64,000 nt of DNA, taken from an uncultured Chloroflexia bacterium. GTDB lineage: Bacteria > Chloroflexota > Anaerolineae > CG2-30-64-16. This document shows positions 1 through 10,462 of this stretch, piece after piece. Below the pieces are notes generated by a model that saw nothing but the letters and a program-made list of their open reading frames with translations, was not told where the DNA came from and did not search any database. How positions within the stretch are numbered: position 1 is the first letter of the stretch; each line of letters starts with the position of its first letter. Made by a program: the position numbers and the translations under genes. Where the stretch lies: assembly GCA_963810095.1 (NCBI GenBank), contig CAWEMM010000001.1, positions 114,006 through 178,005 of the forward strand, written 5' to 3'.

Positions 1-37
1 GCGACGCCATCTCCGATGCTGACAGGGGAGGCGTAAC

Positions 38-610
38 GTGGAGGCACCGCTGTTTCGAGAAGGGATTGTGATGCTGCTGTTGGCAGCGGCATCGTACACG
101 ATCGCGCACGGCGGGCGGCTGCTGATGCACCGCGCGCGCTGGCCGGTCTGGCTTGCGGGCACGCTCTTCGGTTACGCCGCGTTTCTGACCAGCCGGGTTG
201 CGCTTGCCGCCTGCGCTTGGGTCGTCTTCCGGGTGTTGTTCGACCGAGCGCCCGATCCGTGGGTGCTTGTCGGCCTGGTCGGAATTGCGAGCGCACCCTT
301 GCTGCTCTCGTTTGTGAACCTGACGCCCTTCTATGGGCCGGGCGTGATGCGGGTCCTGTACTTCATCTCGCTGATCTGGCTCACCAGCGTGACGAGCAGC
401 GAGCTCGGCATGGACTGGCTGGGGTGTCTGGGTTGGTGGGTCGCGGCCTGGCTGCTGCTCGCCGGCGTCAGCTTCGCCTTCACGTGGTCCCTGCGCCACG
501 CTCGTTGGCTCGCCTGGACCGGCATCCTCGGCCCCTTCCGTACGACGCCGCAAGCCGTCATGGCCGAGATGCCGGGCATGCAAGACGCTGTCTGGACGCG
601 CGAAAGCTAG
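38..610 (+). CDS. Hypothetical multi-pass membrane protein
   Basis: 190-aa ORF with about five hydrophobic segments; GGGAGG upstream of the GTG start. Confidence 0.65.
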   Translation: MEAPLFREGIVMLLLAAASYTIAHGGRLLMHRARWPVWLAGTLFGYAAFLTSRVALAACAWVVFRVLFDRAPDPWVLVGLVGIASAPLLLSFVNLTPFYGPGVMRVLYFISLIWLTSVTSSELGMDWLGCLGWWVAAWLLLAGVSFAFTWSLRHARWLAWTGILGPFRTTPQAVMAEMPGMQDAVWTRES

Positions 611-682
611 GTGCGGCGGTTAGAAGAGGGCGGCAGCCTTCGCTCGCGCTGGAGCGCAGGCCGCCCCATACGAGAGGATTGA

Positions 683-1759
683 ATGGCGGAGAAAGATCTC
701 GGCTTTGTCGAACTCGAGTGGACCTGTCCATCGTGCAACGCGCGGAACCCGGGCAGCGCCCTTAAGTGCCAGCAGTGCGGCGCCCCCATGCCCGCCGAAA
801 CGAAGTTCGACCTGGGGGCCGAAGACAAGGTCGTCACCGACAAGGACAAGATCGCGGCCGCACAGGCCGGCCCGGACATCTACTGCGGCTACTGCGGCAC
901 CCGCAACGCGGCCACGGCGAAGGTGTGCCGCCAGTGTGGAGCGGCGCTGGCCGAAGGGAAAGCACGCGAGCTTCAGGGCACCGTTGGGGCTTTCGGCGAC
1001 AAGCCCGCGGCCCCACTGATCTGTCCGAGCTGCGGCGCCGAGAACAAGCCGTCGGCGCTCAAATGCGTCAAATGCGGCGCAGTCCTCGGCAAGCCCGAGC
1101 GGGCGGCCCCGACCGCGCCCGCCGGCACAGGGCCCGGGTGCCGCGTCGCGCTGATCCCGCTCATTGTCGTGGGCGTGGTCCTCCTGATCGGAGCATTCCT
1201 TCTTATCCGCACCGCCACCCGCACCAGCGCCACCGTGGGCCAGGTGGCCGACCACGGCTGGCGGCGCACCGTCGCCATCGAGGTGCTGGGCCCGGTGGAA
1301 CGCGAGAGCTGGCGCAGTCAACTGCCCGGGGGAGTCGACGTGCTCGCCTGCCGGCAGGAGGTGTACCAGGTGGTCGACCAGCCCGTTGCGGGCGCGCGCG
1401 AAGTCTGCGGCACCCCGTACGTGGTCGACACCGCGACGGGCTATGGCAAGAAGAAACAGGACTGTCAATACGAGGTGCTGGCCGACTTCTGCCGCTACCG
1501 CACGACCGCCTGGGTTGCCGCAGCGCCACTCGTCCTGGAGGGCAGCGACCTTAACCCCCGCTGGCCTGCCGCGAACTTGGGCTCGAACCAACGCCGGGGC
1601 AGCCAGAGCGAAGAGTACTACGTGGTGTTCCGCGCCAATGACCGGGAGTATAAATACACGACGCGCAGCCTGGACGAGTACCTGCGACTGGCCCAAGGCG
1701 GACCGTGGAAGCTTACCATCAACGGGTTCGGACAGATTACCGGCATCGAACCTGGCTAA
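683..1759 (+). CDS. Membrane-anchored multi-zinc-ribbon protein
   Basis: Three CxxC...CxxC pairs (WTCPSC..CQQC, CGYC..CRQC, CPSC..CVKC), one TM segment, Cys-containing C-terminal domain; GAGAGG RBS. Confidence 0.8.
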   Translation: MAEKDLGFVELEWTCPSCNARNPGSALKCQQCGAPMPAETKFDLGAEDKVVTDKDKIAAAQAGPDIYCGYCGTRNAATAKVCRQCGAALAEGKARELQGTVGAFGDKPAAPLICPSCGAENKPSALKCVKCGAVLGKPERAAPTAPAGTGPGCRVALIPLIVVGVVLLIGAFLLIRTATRTSATVGQVADHGWRRTVAIEVLGPVERESWRSQLPGGVDVLACRQEVYQVVDQPVAGAREVCGTPYVVDTATGYGKKKQDCQYEVLADFCRYRTTAWVAAAPLVLEGSDLNPRWPAANLGSNQRRGSQSEEYYVVFRANDREYKYTTRSLDEYLRLAQGGPWKLTINGFGQITGIEPG

Positions 1760-1881
1760 GCGGCCCTGATGGCGTCCTGACGCCAAGCTGCAGAGCGCAG
1801 CCACGGGTAGTCGTCGCCGCGCCCGCGTGTTCGCTGTGGAATCACCGTCTGATTCACCCACCTGTCTCACGGAGCAGAACA

Positions 1882-3487
1882 ATGTCGCGCCTCACGCCTC
1901 TCCGCATCCTGCTTGTCGCGGCAGTTGTGCTTTCATTCGCGGGCAACGCCGTGGCGGCGCCTCCCGCACCCGCGATCTCGGACAGTGACCCGCTCCCGGC
2001 TTTCACCCACGTCGAGGCTCCAGACCCCGTCATCCACTGGATGGTGGACCAGGTGCAGCAGGATACGGTGCGCCAATACGACGGCGACCTGAGCGGCGAG
2101 CAGCCGGTGATGATCCGCGGCAGCTCGTACACCATCAAGACCCGCAACACGAACAGCGGCGACGCCGGTACAGCAAGCCACCTATTACGTGGGCGACCAC
2201 CTGCGGAGCCTTGGCCTGACGGTCGAAGAGCACCGCTGGGGACCCGCAGCTGCGCCCAACATCATCGGCGAGAAGACCGGCACGTCACGGCCCGGCGACA
2301 TTTTCATGATTACCGCGCACCTGGACGACATGCCCACCGGCGCCACCGCGCCGGGCGCGGACGACAATGCCAGCGGCTCGACGGCGGTCCTCGTCGCGGC
2401 CGACGTGCTGTCACAGTTCAGCTGGAACTGCACGCTCAGGTTCGCGTTGTGGACCGGCGAAGAGCAGGGGTTGTTGGGCAGCGACAAATACGCGCAGCGG
2501 TCGAAAACTAACCACGAGAACATCGTGGGCGTGCTGAACCTCGACATGATCGGCTGGAACACCCCGGACAGCCCACCCGGCATTGACCTGAACGCAAACA
2601 AGGCGTACCCGGCAACGGTCGACCTGGCGAACCAAATGGCGAGCGTGATCCAAGCGTACGATCTGGACCTCGTGCCCGAAGTCCTCGATTACGGCGAAGA
2701 GGCGAGCGACCACGCGTCCTTCTGGAAGGCCGGCTACGCCGCGATCCTGGGCATCGAGGATTACTACCCCGGCGAGCATGACTTCGATCCGTACTATCAC
2801 AAGACCACCGACAAGCTGTCGACGCTGAACCTGCCCTACTTCACCGAGTTCGTCAAGGCAGCCGTGGCAGAGACCGCGCACATGGCGGGGTGCCTGACCA
2901 CCGGAATCGCGCAGGGCCAGGTGGTCGCGAGCCACGACGGCTCCCCGATCGCCAACGCTGAGATCAAGCTGAAGGACGCCGCGGGCCGCGAGTACGTGCT
3001 GCAGGCGGGCGCCGACGGCCGGTACAACCAGGGCGTTCCGCCGGGAAGCTACACGGCAGGCGTCGATGCCTACGGTTACGCCACCGGTGGGTGGAGTGGC
3101 ATCACCGTGGCGGCGAATGGCACCACGACGCAGGACTTCGCGCTTGCGGCACAGGCGCCGGTGGCACCCCTCGCCTCGGTGGGGTTGGATGGCGGCGAGG
3201 TCAAGCTCGATTGGCGGCACGTCAGCCCGAACACGGCGTACGAAGTGCATCGGAGCCTTGCCCCTTACTTCTCACCCGACGTCCGAACGCGCGTCGCGGC
3301 ACTCGACGCGTCACACCCGCCCGCGCCAGACGAGGCGCTGAGTTACCGCGACGGCGAGAGCGCCGCGGGCGATGCAGGCACCAATCATTTTTACCTCGTG
3401 CTCGGGGTGAATGCGGCCGGCGGCGGTGCGGCGTCGGCGCGCCGTGGCGAGTTCGACTTCGAGCTTACCCCGCCCGCTGGCCCGTAA
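1882..3487 (+). CDS. Secreted M28-family metallopeptidase with a carboxypeptidase-regulatory-like domain (frameshift near 2170)
   Basis: Signal peptide MSRLTPLRILLVAAVV in ORF 1705..2511. Zn-binding motifs AHLDD, GADDNASG, GEEQGLLGS, NLDMIG, SDHASF and YHKTTD in ORF 2189..3487. Confidence 0.85.
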
Positions 3488-3587
3488 GTTACATGCTGGT
3501 GCAACCACCCGCGAGATGCTGCATCGAATGCGTTCGACTGGACGAAGAATGAGACCGCCAGGATCAAGGACTGAAAGGAAGCCGAAG

Positions 3588-4010
3588 ATGAATCGAGGAG
3601 CAATACTTGTGATGCTACTGAGCTTGACTGTCGCCGCGCTCGGCGCCTGTGGGGGGTCTGCGCCCTCGGCCGCCGCGCCCCAGGTCGACGTCAGCAACCT
3701 GCCTGACAACGTCAGCGTCGCACAGACGAAGGCGCTGTTGGGCCGATCGGACGTTCTTATCCTCGACGTACGCGAGCAGCAGGAGTACGACCAGGGGCAC
3801 ATCCCCGGCGTCACGCTGATCCCGACGGGCGAAGTCCCGAACCGCTTGAGCGAAATCCCCAAGGACAAGCCGGTCATTGTCACCTGCCGCTCGGGGAATC
3901 GCAGTGCAGCCGTGACGAAGCTCCTGCGCGAGCAGGGATACACGAACGTTCACAATATGGAAGGGGGCATCGTGGCGTGGCAGGGCGCCGGTTACCCTGT
4001 CGAGAAGTAG
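3588..4010 (+). CDS. Rhodanese-domain lipoprotein
   Basis: Lipobox LGAC; DVRE..EY..GHIPG and active-site loop CRSGNRS. Confidence 0.85.
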   Translation: MNRGAILVMLLSLTVAALGACGGSAPSAAAPQVDVSNLPDNVSVAQTKALLGRSDVLILDVREQQEYDQGHIPGVTLIPTGEVPNRLSEIPKDKPVIVTCRSGNRSAAVTKLLREQGYTNVHNMEGGIVAWQGAGYPVEK

Positions 4011-4034
4011 CTTTAGCAGAAAGGCAGAAGACAC

Positions 4035-4862
4035 GTGAAGCGCGATACGAGTGACACCATCCGCCAAATTGCGGTCTGGGTAGCCTTCGTGGCTACCATC
4101 ATCGTCAACGGGATGGCCGGCAGCAGCGCTGCGCTCAACGGTCAAGTGACCGGGGACGTCGCGAACCGCTACATCGGCCGCAATCTCTGGCTGCCGGCCG
4201 GCTATGTCTTCGCCATCTGGGGCCTTATCTACGTCGGCCTCATCGCATACGCCATCTATCAGAGCCTTCCTTCGCAGCGCGCTAATCCGAGGCTGCGCGC
4301 AATCGGATGGGCCTTCGTGGTCTCGTGCCTGGCCAACATCGTATGGCTCTTCTTCTTTCAGTACTCGTCGAACCCCGATCCGAACGGCAGCCCGAACACC
4401 CTGCTGTTGATCCTGTCCGTAGTTGCCATGCTGGTCCTCCTCGGGGCGCTGATCTGGATCTACCTCGCCCTGCGGGCCGGCAACCCGACGATCTCTCGCG
4501 GGGAACGCTGGGCGGTGCGCCTGCCCTTCAGCATCTACCTGGGCTGGATCACGGTCGCGACGATCGCCAACATCTCGCATGTACTGGTCGCCAGCGGCTG
4601 GACCGGGCAGCCCCTGCCATCCTTGCTGTGGCTGATCATCATGTACATCGCTGCGCTGGCCATCGCCGCGCTGGTTGCGTTTACGCAGCGCGATGTGGCC
4701 TACCTGCTGGTGCTGGCGTGGGCCTTCGCCGGCATCGCGGTCAATTACAGCAACCTGACCGCCGTCCTGATCAGTTCTGTGCTCGCGACGCTCGTGGTGC
4801 TCGTGCTAACCGTCCTGGTGGCCGCCCGCGGAGCGTGGCAGGGGAAGGCCTACGCGGCATGA
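4035..4862 (+). CDS. TspO/MBR-like tryptophan-rich membrane protein
   Basis: PAGYVFAIWGLIY and PFSIYLGWITVATIAN motifs; multiple TM segments. Confidence 0.75.
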   Translation: MKRDTSDTIRQIAVWVAFVATIIVNGMAGSSAALNGQVTGDVANRYIGRNLWLPAGYVFAIWGLIYVGLIAYAIYQSLPSQRANPRLRAIGWAFVVSCLANIVWLFFFQYSSNPDPNGSPNTLLLILSVVAMLVLLGALIWIYLALRAGNPTISRGERWAVRLPFSIYLGWITVATIANISHVLVASGWTGQPLPSLLWLIIMYIAALAIAALVAFTQRDVAYLLVLAWAFAGIAVNYSNLTAVLISSVLATLVVLVLTVLVAARGAWQGKAYAA

Positions 4863-4865
4863 TGC

Positions 4866-5815
4866 ATGGCTGAGGTCGTCAGCATCCTTCTGCCGATCTT
4901 CGCCGTCATCGGGCTGGGCGCGGCGCTGCGCTACAGTGGCTTTGCGTCGCCCCAGCTCTTCCGCGAGACTAACCGGCTTGTCTACTGGGTAGCACTGCCC
5001 GCGTATCTATTCTACAAAACGGCCGAGTCGCAGCTGCAGGGCGACGCGGCCGTCCGCGTATTCGCGGTGCTGACCGGCGCGATGGTGCTTTCGATCGCGT
5101 TGGGCTACCTTGTCGCGCGGGTGCTGCGACTCACACCCCGCACGACCAGCGCGTTCGTGCAGGGCAGCTATCGCAGCAACCTGGCGTATGTGGGGCTTCC
5201 GATCGTGCTGCTGGCGGTGGCGGCGCACGGCGGCGACCAGCAGGCCGCGCTCCAGGCGCTGGGGGTCGTTTCGATCGCGCTGCTCACGCCCATTTACAAC
5301 TTCGTGGCCGTCTTCGTGTTGCTGGCCGGCCGGGAGGGCAGCCGGGAACAGTTGCCGCAGCGACTGCGCGAACTGGTCTACCGGCTGGTCACCAACCCAC
5401 TGATCCTGTCGTGTGGGGCCGGACTGCTGGTGATGGCGCTGGGCTGGCGTCTGCCACAGCCGCTGCGCGAGACGCTCAAAATCGTCGGCGACATGACCAC
5501 GCCTCTCGCCCTGCTGGGCATCGGCGGGGCGCTTTCCTTCACGACGCTCCGGCTCCATGCCGTCAATGCCTCGGCCGCCGCCGTCATCAAGACGGTTGCC
5601 GCGCCGCTGTTTGGCCTCGGCGATCGCCGATGGCATTGGGCCTGTCGCAGCCCGAGACGCGCATGGCCCTCATCTTCCTCGCCTGCCCCACGGCCGCCGC
5701 GTCCTACGTCATGGCACAGCAGCTTGGCTCGGACGACGGGCTGGCGGCAAACATCATCGTGGTGTCGACGCTGTTCGCGATGCCGGCACTGGCGGCAATC
5801 GTTGCGCTGACCTGA
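4866..5815 (+). CDS. AEC (auxin efflux carrier) family transporter (frameshift near 5620)
   Basis: RLVYWVALPAYLF, SNLAYVGLPI and NPLIL motifs; C-terminus CPTAAASYVMAQQLG lies in the second frame (ORF 5411..5815). Confidence 0.8.
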
Positions 5816-5851
5816 CGACGGGCGCGCGGCGTGCTTCTGCCTGCCGTCCTG

Positions 5852-6593
5852 CTATCGCCGCCAGGCGATGTGTTCGCCCCCGTCCACCTCGATTACGGTC
5901 CCCGTTATGTAGCTGGCCCGGACCAGGAACACGACGGCCTCGGCAACATCTTCCGGGCTGCCCCACCGGCCAAGCAGCGTGCGCGCCGCGCTCGCCTGCA
6001 TCTGCTTCTCGGTGTAGCCAGGGGGCGGCAGGACCGGGCCAGGTGCAACCGCGTTGACGCGCACATGTGGGGCCAATTCCAAGCGCCAGGCTCTTGGTCA
6101 GGCTCACGATGCCCGCCTTGCCTGCCGAGTGCGCGATGTGATTTGGAAACGGCACGAAGGCGGACAGGTCGGTGATGTTGACGATCGCGCCGTCGCCATG
6201 GGCCGCGAGGTGCGGGGCGGCCGCGTGCGAGGTGAAGGCAACGCCCTTGAGGAGAATGGCCGTCACCTGGTCCCAGTCCGCCTCGTTGAGTTCAGCGAAC
6301 TTCGTCCGCTTCCAAAGGGAGGCGCTGTTGACCAGGATGTCGAGCCGGCCGAGCGCCGAAACAGTCCCGTCGACCAGGGCGCGGCACTCTGCCACCCGGC
6401 CCGCATCGGCCTGCTGCGCGTGCGCGCGGCGCCCGAGCGCTTCGATCTCGCGCTGCGTCTGCTCCGCCTCGGCCGTGGAGGCGTGGTAGCTGAATGCGAC
6501 GTCGGCGCCGGCCTGCGCGAGCGCTACGACGATCGCCTTGCCGACGCGCACCGCGCCGCCCGTCACCAAGGCGACTTTGCCGTGAAGGTCCAC
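5852..6593 (-). CDS. SDR oxidoreductase, pteridine reductase (FolM/PTR1)-like (frameshift near 6080)
   Basis: TGGAVRVG cofactor motif, LVNSAS, NITD; C-terminus VRVNAVAPG...ITGTVIEVDGG in ORF 5852..6082. Confidence 0.8.
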
Positions 6594-6598
6594 TTCGC

Positions 6599-6976
6599 CT
6601 ACCTTTCGCGAATGATCGGAAGTCGCCGAATCCGTATCCGGTTCTGTTCGAAAACGACCAGGCTGCCATCGAGCAATGCACCGGTGATCGCCTCGAGATT
6701 GTTGACCAGGAGCGCGACCTGCTGGAGGGGGACTCGTTCTGCCGATCGCCGAAAAAGAATCACCGAGGGTATGCTCGCTGCACGACTTGCGAGCAGGGTG
6801 CCGAAGTCAGTATCCGCAGAAATCAGGGTCCGACCCTCGTCCGCGGCCAGCTCGAATATCGCCTCATCCGCTGCCCTTTGCATGCCGCGATCGCGCACGT
6901 GCACCGCGTCATGCCCTGCCTCGCCTAACGCTTGGGCCAGCACGGGCGAGAGTGCATTGTCGACGAGGAACTTCAT
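6599..6976 (-). CDS. DUF5615 PIN-like toxin (VapC45-like)
   Basis: [10 protein letters not shown]...HDAVHV...DEAI...LISADTDFG acidic PIN motif; start overlaps the stop of the DUF433 gene. Confidence 0.85.
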   Translation of the reverse strand: MKFLVDNALSPVLAQALGEAGHDAVHVRDRGMQRAADEAIFELAADEGRTLISADTDFGTLLASRAASIPSVILFRRSAERVPLQQVALLVNNLEAITGALLDGSLVVFEQNRIRIRRLPIIRER

Positions 6977-7203
6977 GCGGCTTTCAGCAGTGGAATCTGC
7001 CTTTCCTGCAACGAGACTGCCGCGAACGCCAGCGCGTTGCGGATATCTTCCACCACCAGGTCGGGATAGGCGGCCAAAATCTCTTCCTCGCGCAAGCCGT
7101 CCGCTAACATTCCGATGACGGTGGCCACAGGTATGCGCAGGCCGCGAATACAAGGCACACCGCCCATCTGGTACGGATCAACCGTTATTCCCCTAATCTC
7201 CAC
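6973..7203 (-). CDS. DUF433 antitoxin
   Basis: [19 protein letters not shown]...[13 protein letters not shown] signature; AGGAGGTG RBS. Confidence 0.9.
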   Translation of the reverse strand: MEIRGITVDPYQMGGVPCIRGLRIPVATVIGMLADGLREEEILAAYPDLVVEDIRNALAFAAVSLQERQIPLLKAA

Positions 7204-7343
7204 ATCTCACCTCCTGACCTATCGTACCAGCACGCATCGGCAGCGCGAGCAAGCCATGGTATACAGCGGGAAATCCGATCGCGCCAGATCGGAGCCCGGG
7301 CCACGGAGCCTGGCGCCTTTTTCAGTATTTTACACACAGTTAT

Positions 7344-7372
7344 TTGCATTTATTCACCCCCTATGATACACT
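7344..7372 (+). promoter_or_regulatory. Sigma70-like promoter of the suf operon
   Basis: TTGCAT-17 nt-TACACT with an extended TG, in an AT-rich patch upstream of sufR. Confidence 0.55.
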
Positions 7373-7457
7373 ACCTACGTCTCAAAGAGGAGTAACGAGC
7401 AGGTATTGGCGAGCAAGTGCGGGCGTCAAGTAGCGGACAGCGCAGGGGAAGTGCAGA

Positions 7458-8087
7458 ATGTTCCAGAAACAACTTACGGGCAGCCCGGCGGGCGAGGTGC
7501 TCACGCTGCTGCAGCGCAAGGGCATGGCCACCGTCAAGGAGCTTGAGGATGCGATGGACGTCACCGCAACTGCGGTGCGCCAGCAGCTTAACTTGCTCCT
7601 GGCTGAAGGTTTCATCGAGCAGCGCACGGAGAACATCGGGCGCGGGCGGCCGAAACACGTCTATTCGCTGACGGCCAAGGGCCGGGCGCTCTTCCCGCAC
7701 CATTATGACGAATTCACCAACTCGCTGCTGCGGGAGATCCTCCTGGTGGAGGGGCCCGGCAAGGTTGAAGAGCTGCTGGGCCGGATGTCGCGACGTATGG
7801 CCGACCAATACAGCCAACAGATCGCCGCGCGGCTCCCTGAGGAGCGGGCGCAGGCGCTGACGGAGCTGCTGAATGCCAAGGGCATTATGGCCGAGGTCTA
7901 CTTCGAGCCGGACGGCATCGTCTTTCGCGAGTACACCTGCCCCTACTATGAGCTGGCGCGCGAGCACCGGGCCATCTGTGACATGGAGCAGGACATGATC
8001 GAGCAGGTGATGAACCAGCCGGTGGAGCTGGTCTCTTGCACGCTCGACGGGCACCACGGGTGCCAGTTCAAGATCGAATCCAAATAG
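7458..8087 (+). CDS. sufR: SufR-like Fe-S cluster transcriptional regulator
   Basis: N-terminal wHTH (TAVRQQL..GRGRP..YSLT); C-terminal CPY..IC..E..C ligands; first gene of the suf operon. Confidence 0.8.
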   Translation: MFQKQLTGSPAGEVLTLLQRKGMATVKELEDAMDVTATAVRQQLNLLLAEGFIEQRTENIGRGRPKHVYSLTAKGRALFPHHYDEFTNSLLREILLVEGPGKVEELLGRMSRRMADQYSQQIAARLPEERAQALTELLNAKGIMAEVYFEPDGIVFREYTCPYYELAREHRAICDMEQDMIEQVMNQPVELVSCTLDGHHGCQFKIESK

Positions 8088-8170
8088 CACGGTACGGAGC
8101 ACGCGCGGAAAGCCGCCGTCAGCCCCGACGCAAAGAAAGCTGATCCTACCCTATCGAGGAGCTGTAAGGC

Positions 8171-9004
8171 ATGTCTTCTGAGTTGGTCATCAAAGATCTG
8201 TTTGTGAATGTCGACGGGAAGCCGATCCTGCAAGGCGTCAACCTGACGATCCGCCAGGGCGAAGTGCACGCGATCATGGGGCCCAACGGCTCGGGCAAGA
8301 GCACCCTGGCCTATACGATCGCCGGCCATCCCCACTACGAGGTTGTCTCGGGCGACATCCTGCTCGACGGGCAAAGCATCCTCGCAATGGAAGCGGACCA
8401 GCGCGCTAAGGCCGGCCTGTTCCTGGCGTTTCAGTACCCAACGGCTATTCCCGGCGTCAGCATGGCGAATTTCCTGCGCCAGGCAGTCAGCGCAGTGCGC
8501 GGGTACACGGAGAAGGCTAAGGCGCAAGTCAACGACGGCGGAAGCGCCAAGCCCATCGGCTCCGAGCTCATGCCTATGCGCGAGTTTCGCAAGGAACTGA
8601 CCTCGAAAATGGACCAGCTGCACATCGACCAGTCCTTCGCGCGGCGCTATTTGAACGACGGGTTCTCTGGCGGCGAGAAGAAGCGCGCTGAAATCCTGCA
8701 GATGGCCATGCTCGACCCGAAGATCGCGATCTTGGACGAGACGGACTCGGGCCTCGACATCGACGCGCTGCGCGTCGTGGCCGAGGGCGTCAACAGCCTC
8801 ATCGGCCCGAAGCTTGGCGTCTTGTTGATCACCCACTACCAGCGGCTGCTCGACTACATCAAGCCGCAGTTCGTACACGTCTTCTACAACGGGCGCATCG
8901 TACGTTCGGGTGGGCCTGAGTTGGCGTTGGAGCTGGAAGAGCAGGGCTACCAGCAGATTCGGCAGGAGTTCGGTGAGCCGATGTATGGCGAGGAAATCGC
9001 GTAA
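8171..9004 (+). CDS. sufC: Fe-S assembly ATPase SufC
   Basis: [46 protein letters not shown]. Confidence 0.97.
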   Translation: MSSELVIKDLFVNVDGKPILQGVNLTIRQGEVHAIMGPNGSGKSTLAYTIAGHPHYEVVSGDILLDGQSILAMEADQRAKAGLFLAFQYPTAIPGVSMANFLRQAVSAVRGYTEKAKAQVNDGGSAKPIGSELMPMREFRKELTSKMDQLHIDQSFARRYLNDGFSGGEKKRAEILQMAMLDPKIAILDETDSGLDIDALRVVAEGVNSLIGPKLGVLLITHYQRLLDYIKPQFVHVFYNGRIVRSGGPELALELEEQGYQQIRQEFGEPMYGEEIA

Positions 9005-9026
9005 AGGATAGAAGAGGAGCGACGCA

Positions 9027-10445
9027 ATGCCTGCGACCGAATCAGAGCAGAAAGAACTTACGGACCTGAAGTCCGATTATGCATATGGCTGGAGCCAGCC
9101 CGAGAATTACGCCTTCAAGGCGCGCAAGGGGCTGGATCACGAAATCGTGGAACAGATCAGCACGATGAAGCACGAGCCGGACTGGATGCGCAAGCTGCGG
9201 CACGACGCGCTCGACATCTTCCTGTCCAAGAGCATTCCAACGTGGGGTGCGGACCTGAGCGGGATCGACTACCAGGACATTTACTATTACATCAAGCCGA
9301 CCGAGGCGCAGGGCAAGACTTGGGACGAGGTGCCGGCGGACATTAAAGAGACGTTCGACAAGCTGGGCATCCCCGAGGCCGAGCGCAAGTTCCTGGCCGG
9401 CGTGGGGGCGCAGTACGAGTCGGAGGCCATCTACCACTCGCTCAAGCAGGAGTGGGAGAAACTCGGCGTGATCTTCGTCGACTCGGACAGCGGCTTGCGC
9501 GAACACGAAGACATTTACAAAGAGTACTTCGGCACGGTCGTGCCGTCGACCGATAACGTGTTCGCGGCGCTTAACACCGCGTTCTGGTCGGGCGGCTCCT
9601 TCGTCTACGTGCCGAAGGGCGTGCACCTCGACATTCCGCTGCAGGCCTACTTCCGCATCAATGCGCAAAGCATGGGGCAGTTCGAGCGGACCCTGATCAT
9701 CGTCGATGAAGGCGCAACCGTCCACTACGTCGAAGGCTGCACTGCGCCAAGCTATTCGCAGGACTCGCTGCATTCGGGCGTCATCGAGATCATCGTGCGC
9801 AAGAACGCGCGCTGCCGCTATACCACCATCCAGAACTGGTCGACCAACGTATACAACCTGGTCACCCAGCGTTCGCTGGTTTCCGAGGGCGGCATGATGG
9901 AATGGGTGGATGCGAACCTGGGGTCGAAGGTCACGATGAAGTACCCGTCGGTGTATATGATGGGGCCCGGCGCACGCGGCAACATCCTTTCGATGGCCTT
10001 TGCCGGTCCTGGTCAGCACCTGGATACGGGTGGCAAGCTCGTTCACGCAGCGCCGAACACCTCCAGCCAGCTGATCTCGAAGTCGATCAGCAAGGGCGGC
10101 GGCCGCGCCTCCTACCGGGGGTTGCTGAAGGTGGCCAAGGGCGCCAACGGGGCCAAATCAAACGTCGTCTGCGACGCGCTCCTGCTCGACGAGAAGAGCC
10201 GGTCGGACACATACCCGTACATCGAAATCGACGAGGAAGACGTGACGGTCGGGCACGAGGCGTCGGTCAGCAAGATCGGCGAGGAGCAGCTCTTCTACCT
10301 GATGAGCCGCGGCCTGAGCGAGGACGAGGCCAGCGCCATGATCGTCTCCGGCTTTATCGAGCCGATGGTCAAGGAACTGCCCATGGAATACGCCGTCGAA
10401 ATGAACCGCCTGATCCAGCTCCAGATGGAAGGCTCGATCGGTTGA
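9027..10445 (+). CDS. sufB: Fe-S assembly scaffold SufB
   Basis: [53 protein letters not shown]. Confidence 0.97.
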   Translation: MPATESEQKELTDLKSDYAYGWSQPENYAFKARKGLDHEIVEQISTMKHEPDWMRKLRHDALDIFLSKSIPTWGADLSGIDYQDIYYYIKPTEAQGKTWDEVPADIKETFDKLGIPEAERKFLAGVGAQYESEAIYHSLKQEWEKLGVIFVDSDSGLREHEDIYKEYFGTVVPSTDNVFAALNTAFWSGGSFVYVPKGVHLDIPLQAYFRINAQSMGQFERTLIIVDEGATVHYVEGCTAPSYSQDSLHSGVIEIIVRKNARCRYTTIQNWSTNVYNLVTQRSLVSEGGMMEWVDANLGSKVTMKYPSVYMMGPGARGNILSMAFAGPGQHLDTGGKLVHAAPNTSSQLISKSISKGGGRASYRGLLKVAKGANGAKSNVVCDALLLDEKSRSDTYPYIEIDEEDVTVGHEASVSKIGEEQLFYLMSRGLSEDEASAMIVSGFIEPMVKELPMEYAVEMNRLIQLQMEGSIG

Positions 10446-10462
10446 GGCCAGAGGATAGAGTC

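Noticed and set aside
7325-7352. SufR operator in the AT-rich patch at the suf promoter
   Set aside because: Plausible position, but no convincing inverted repeat could be defined.
9902-10462. N-terminal extension of SufD (628-aa ORF)
   Set aside because: Overlaps sufB out of frame; the SufD start with an RBS is at 10463.
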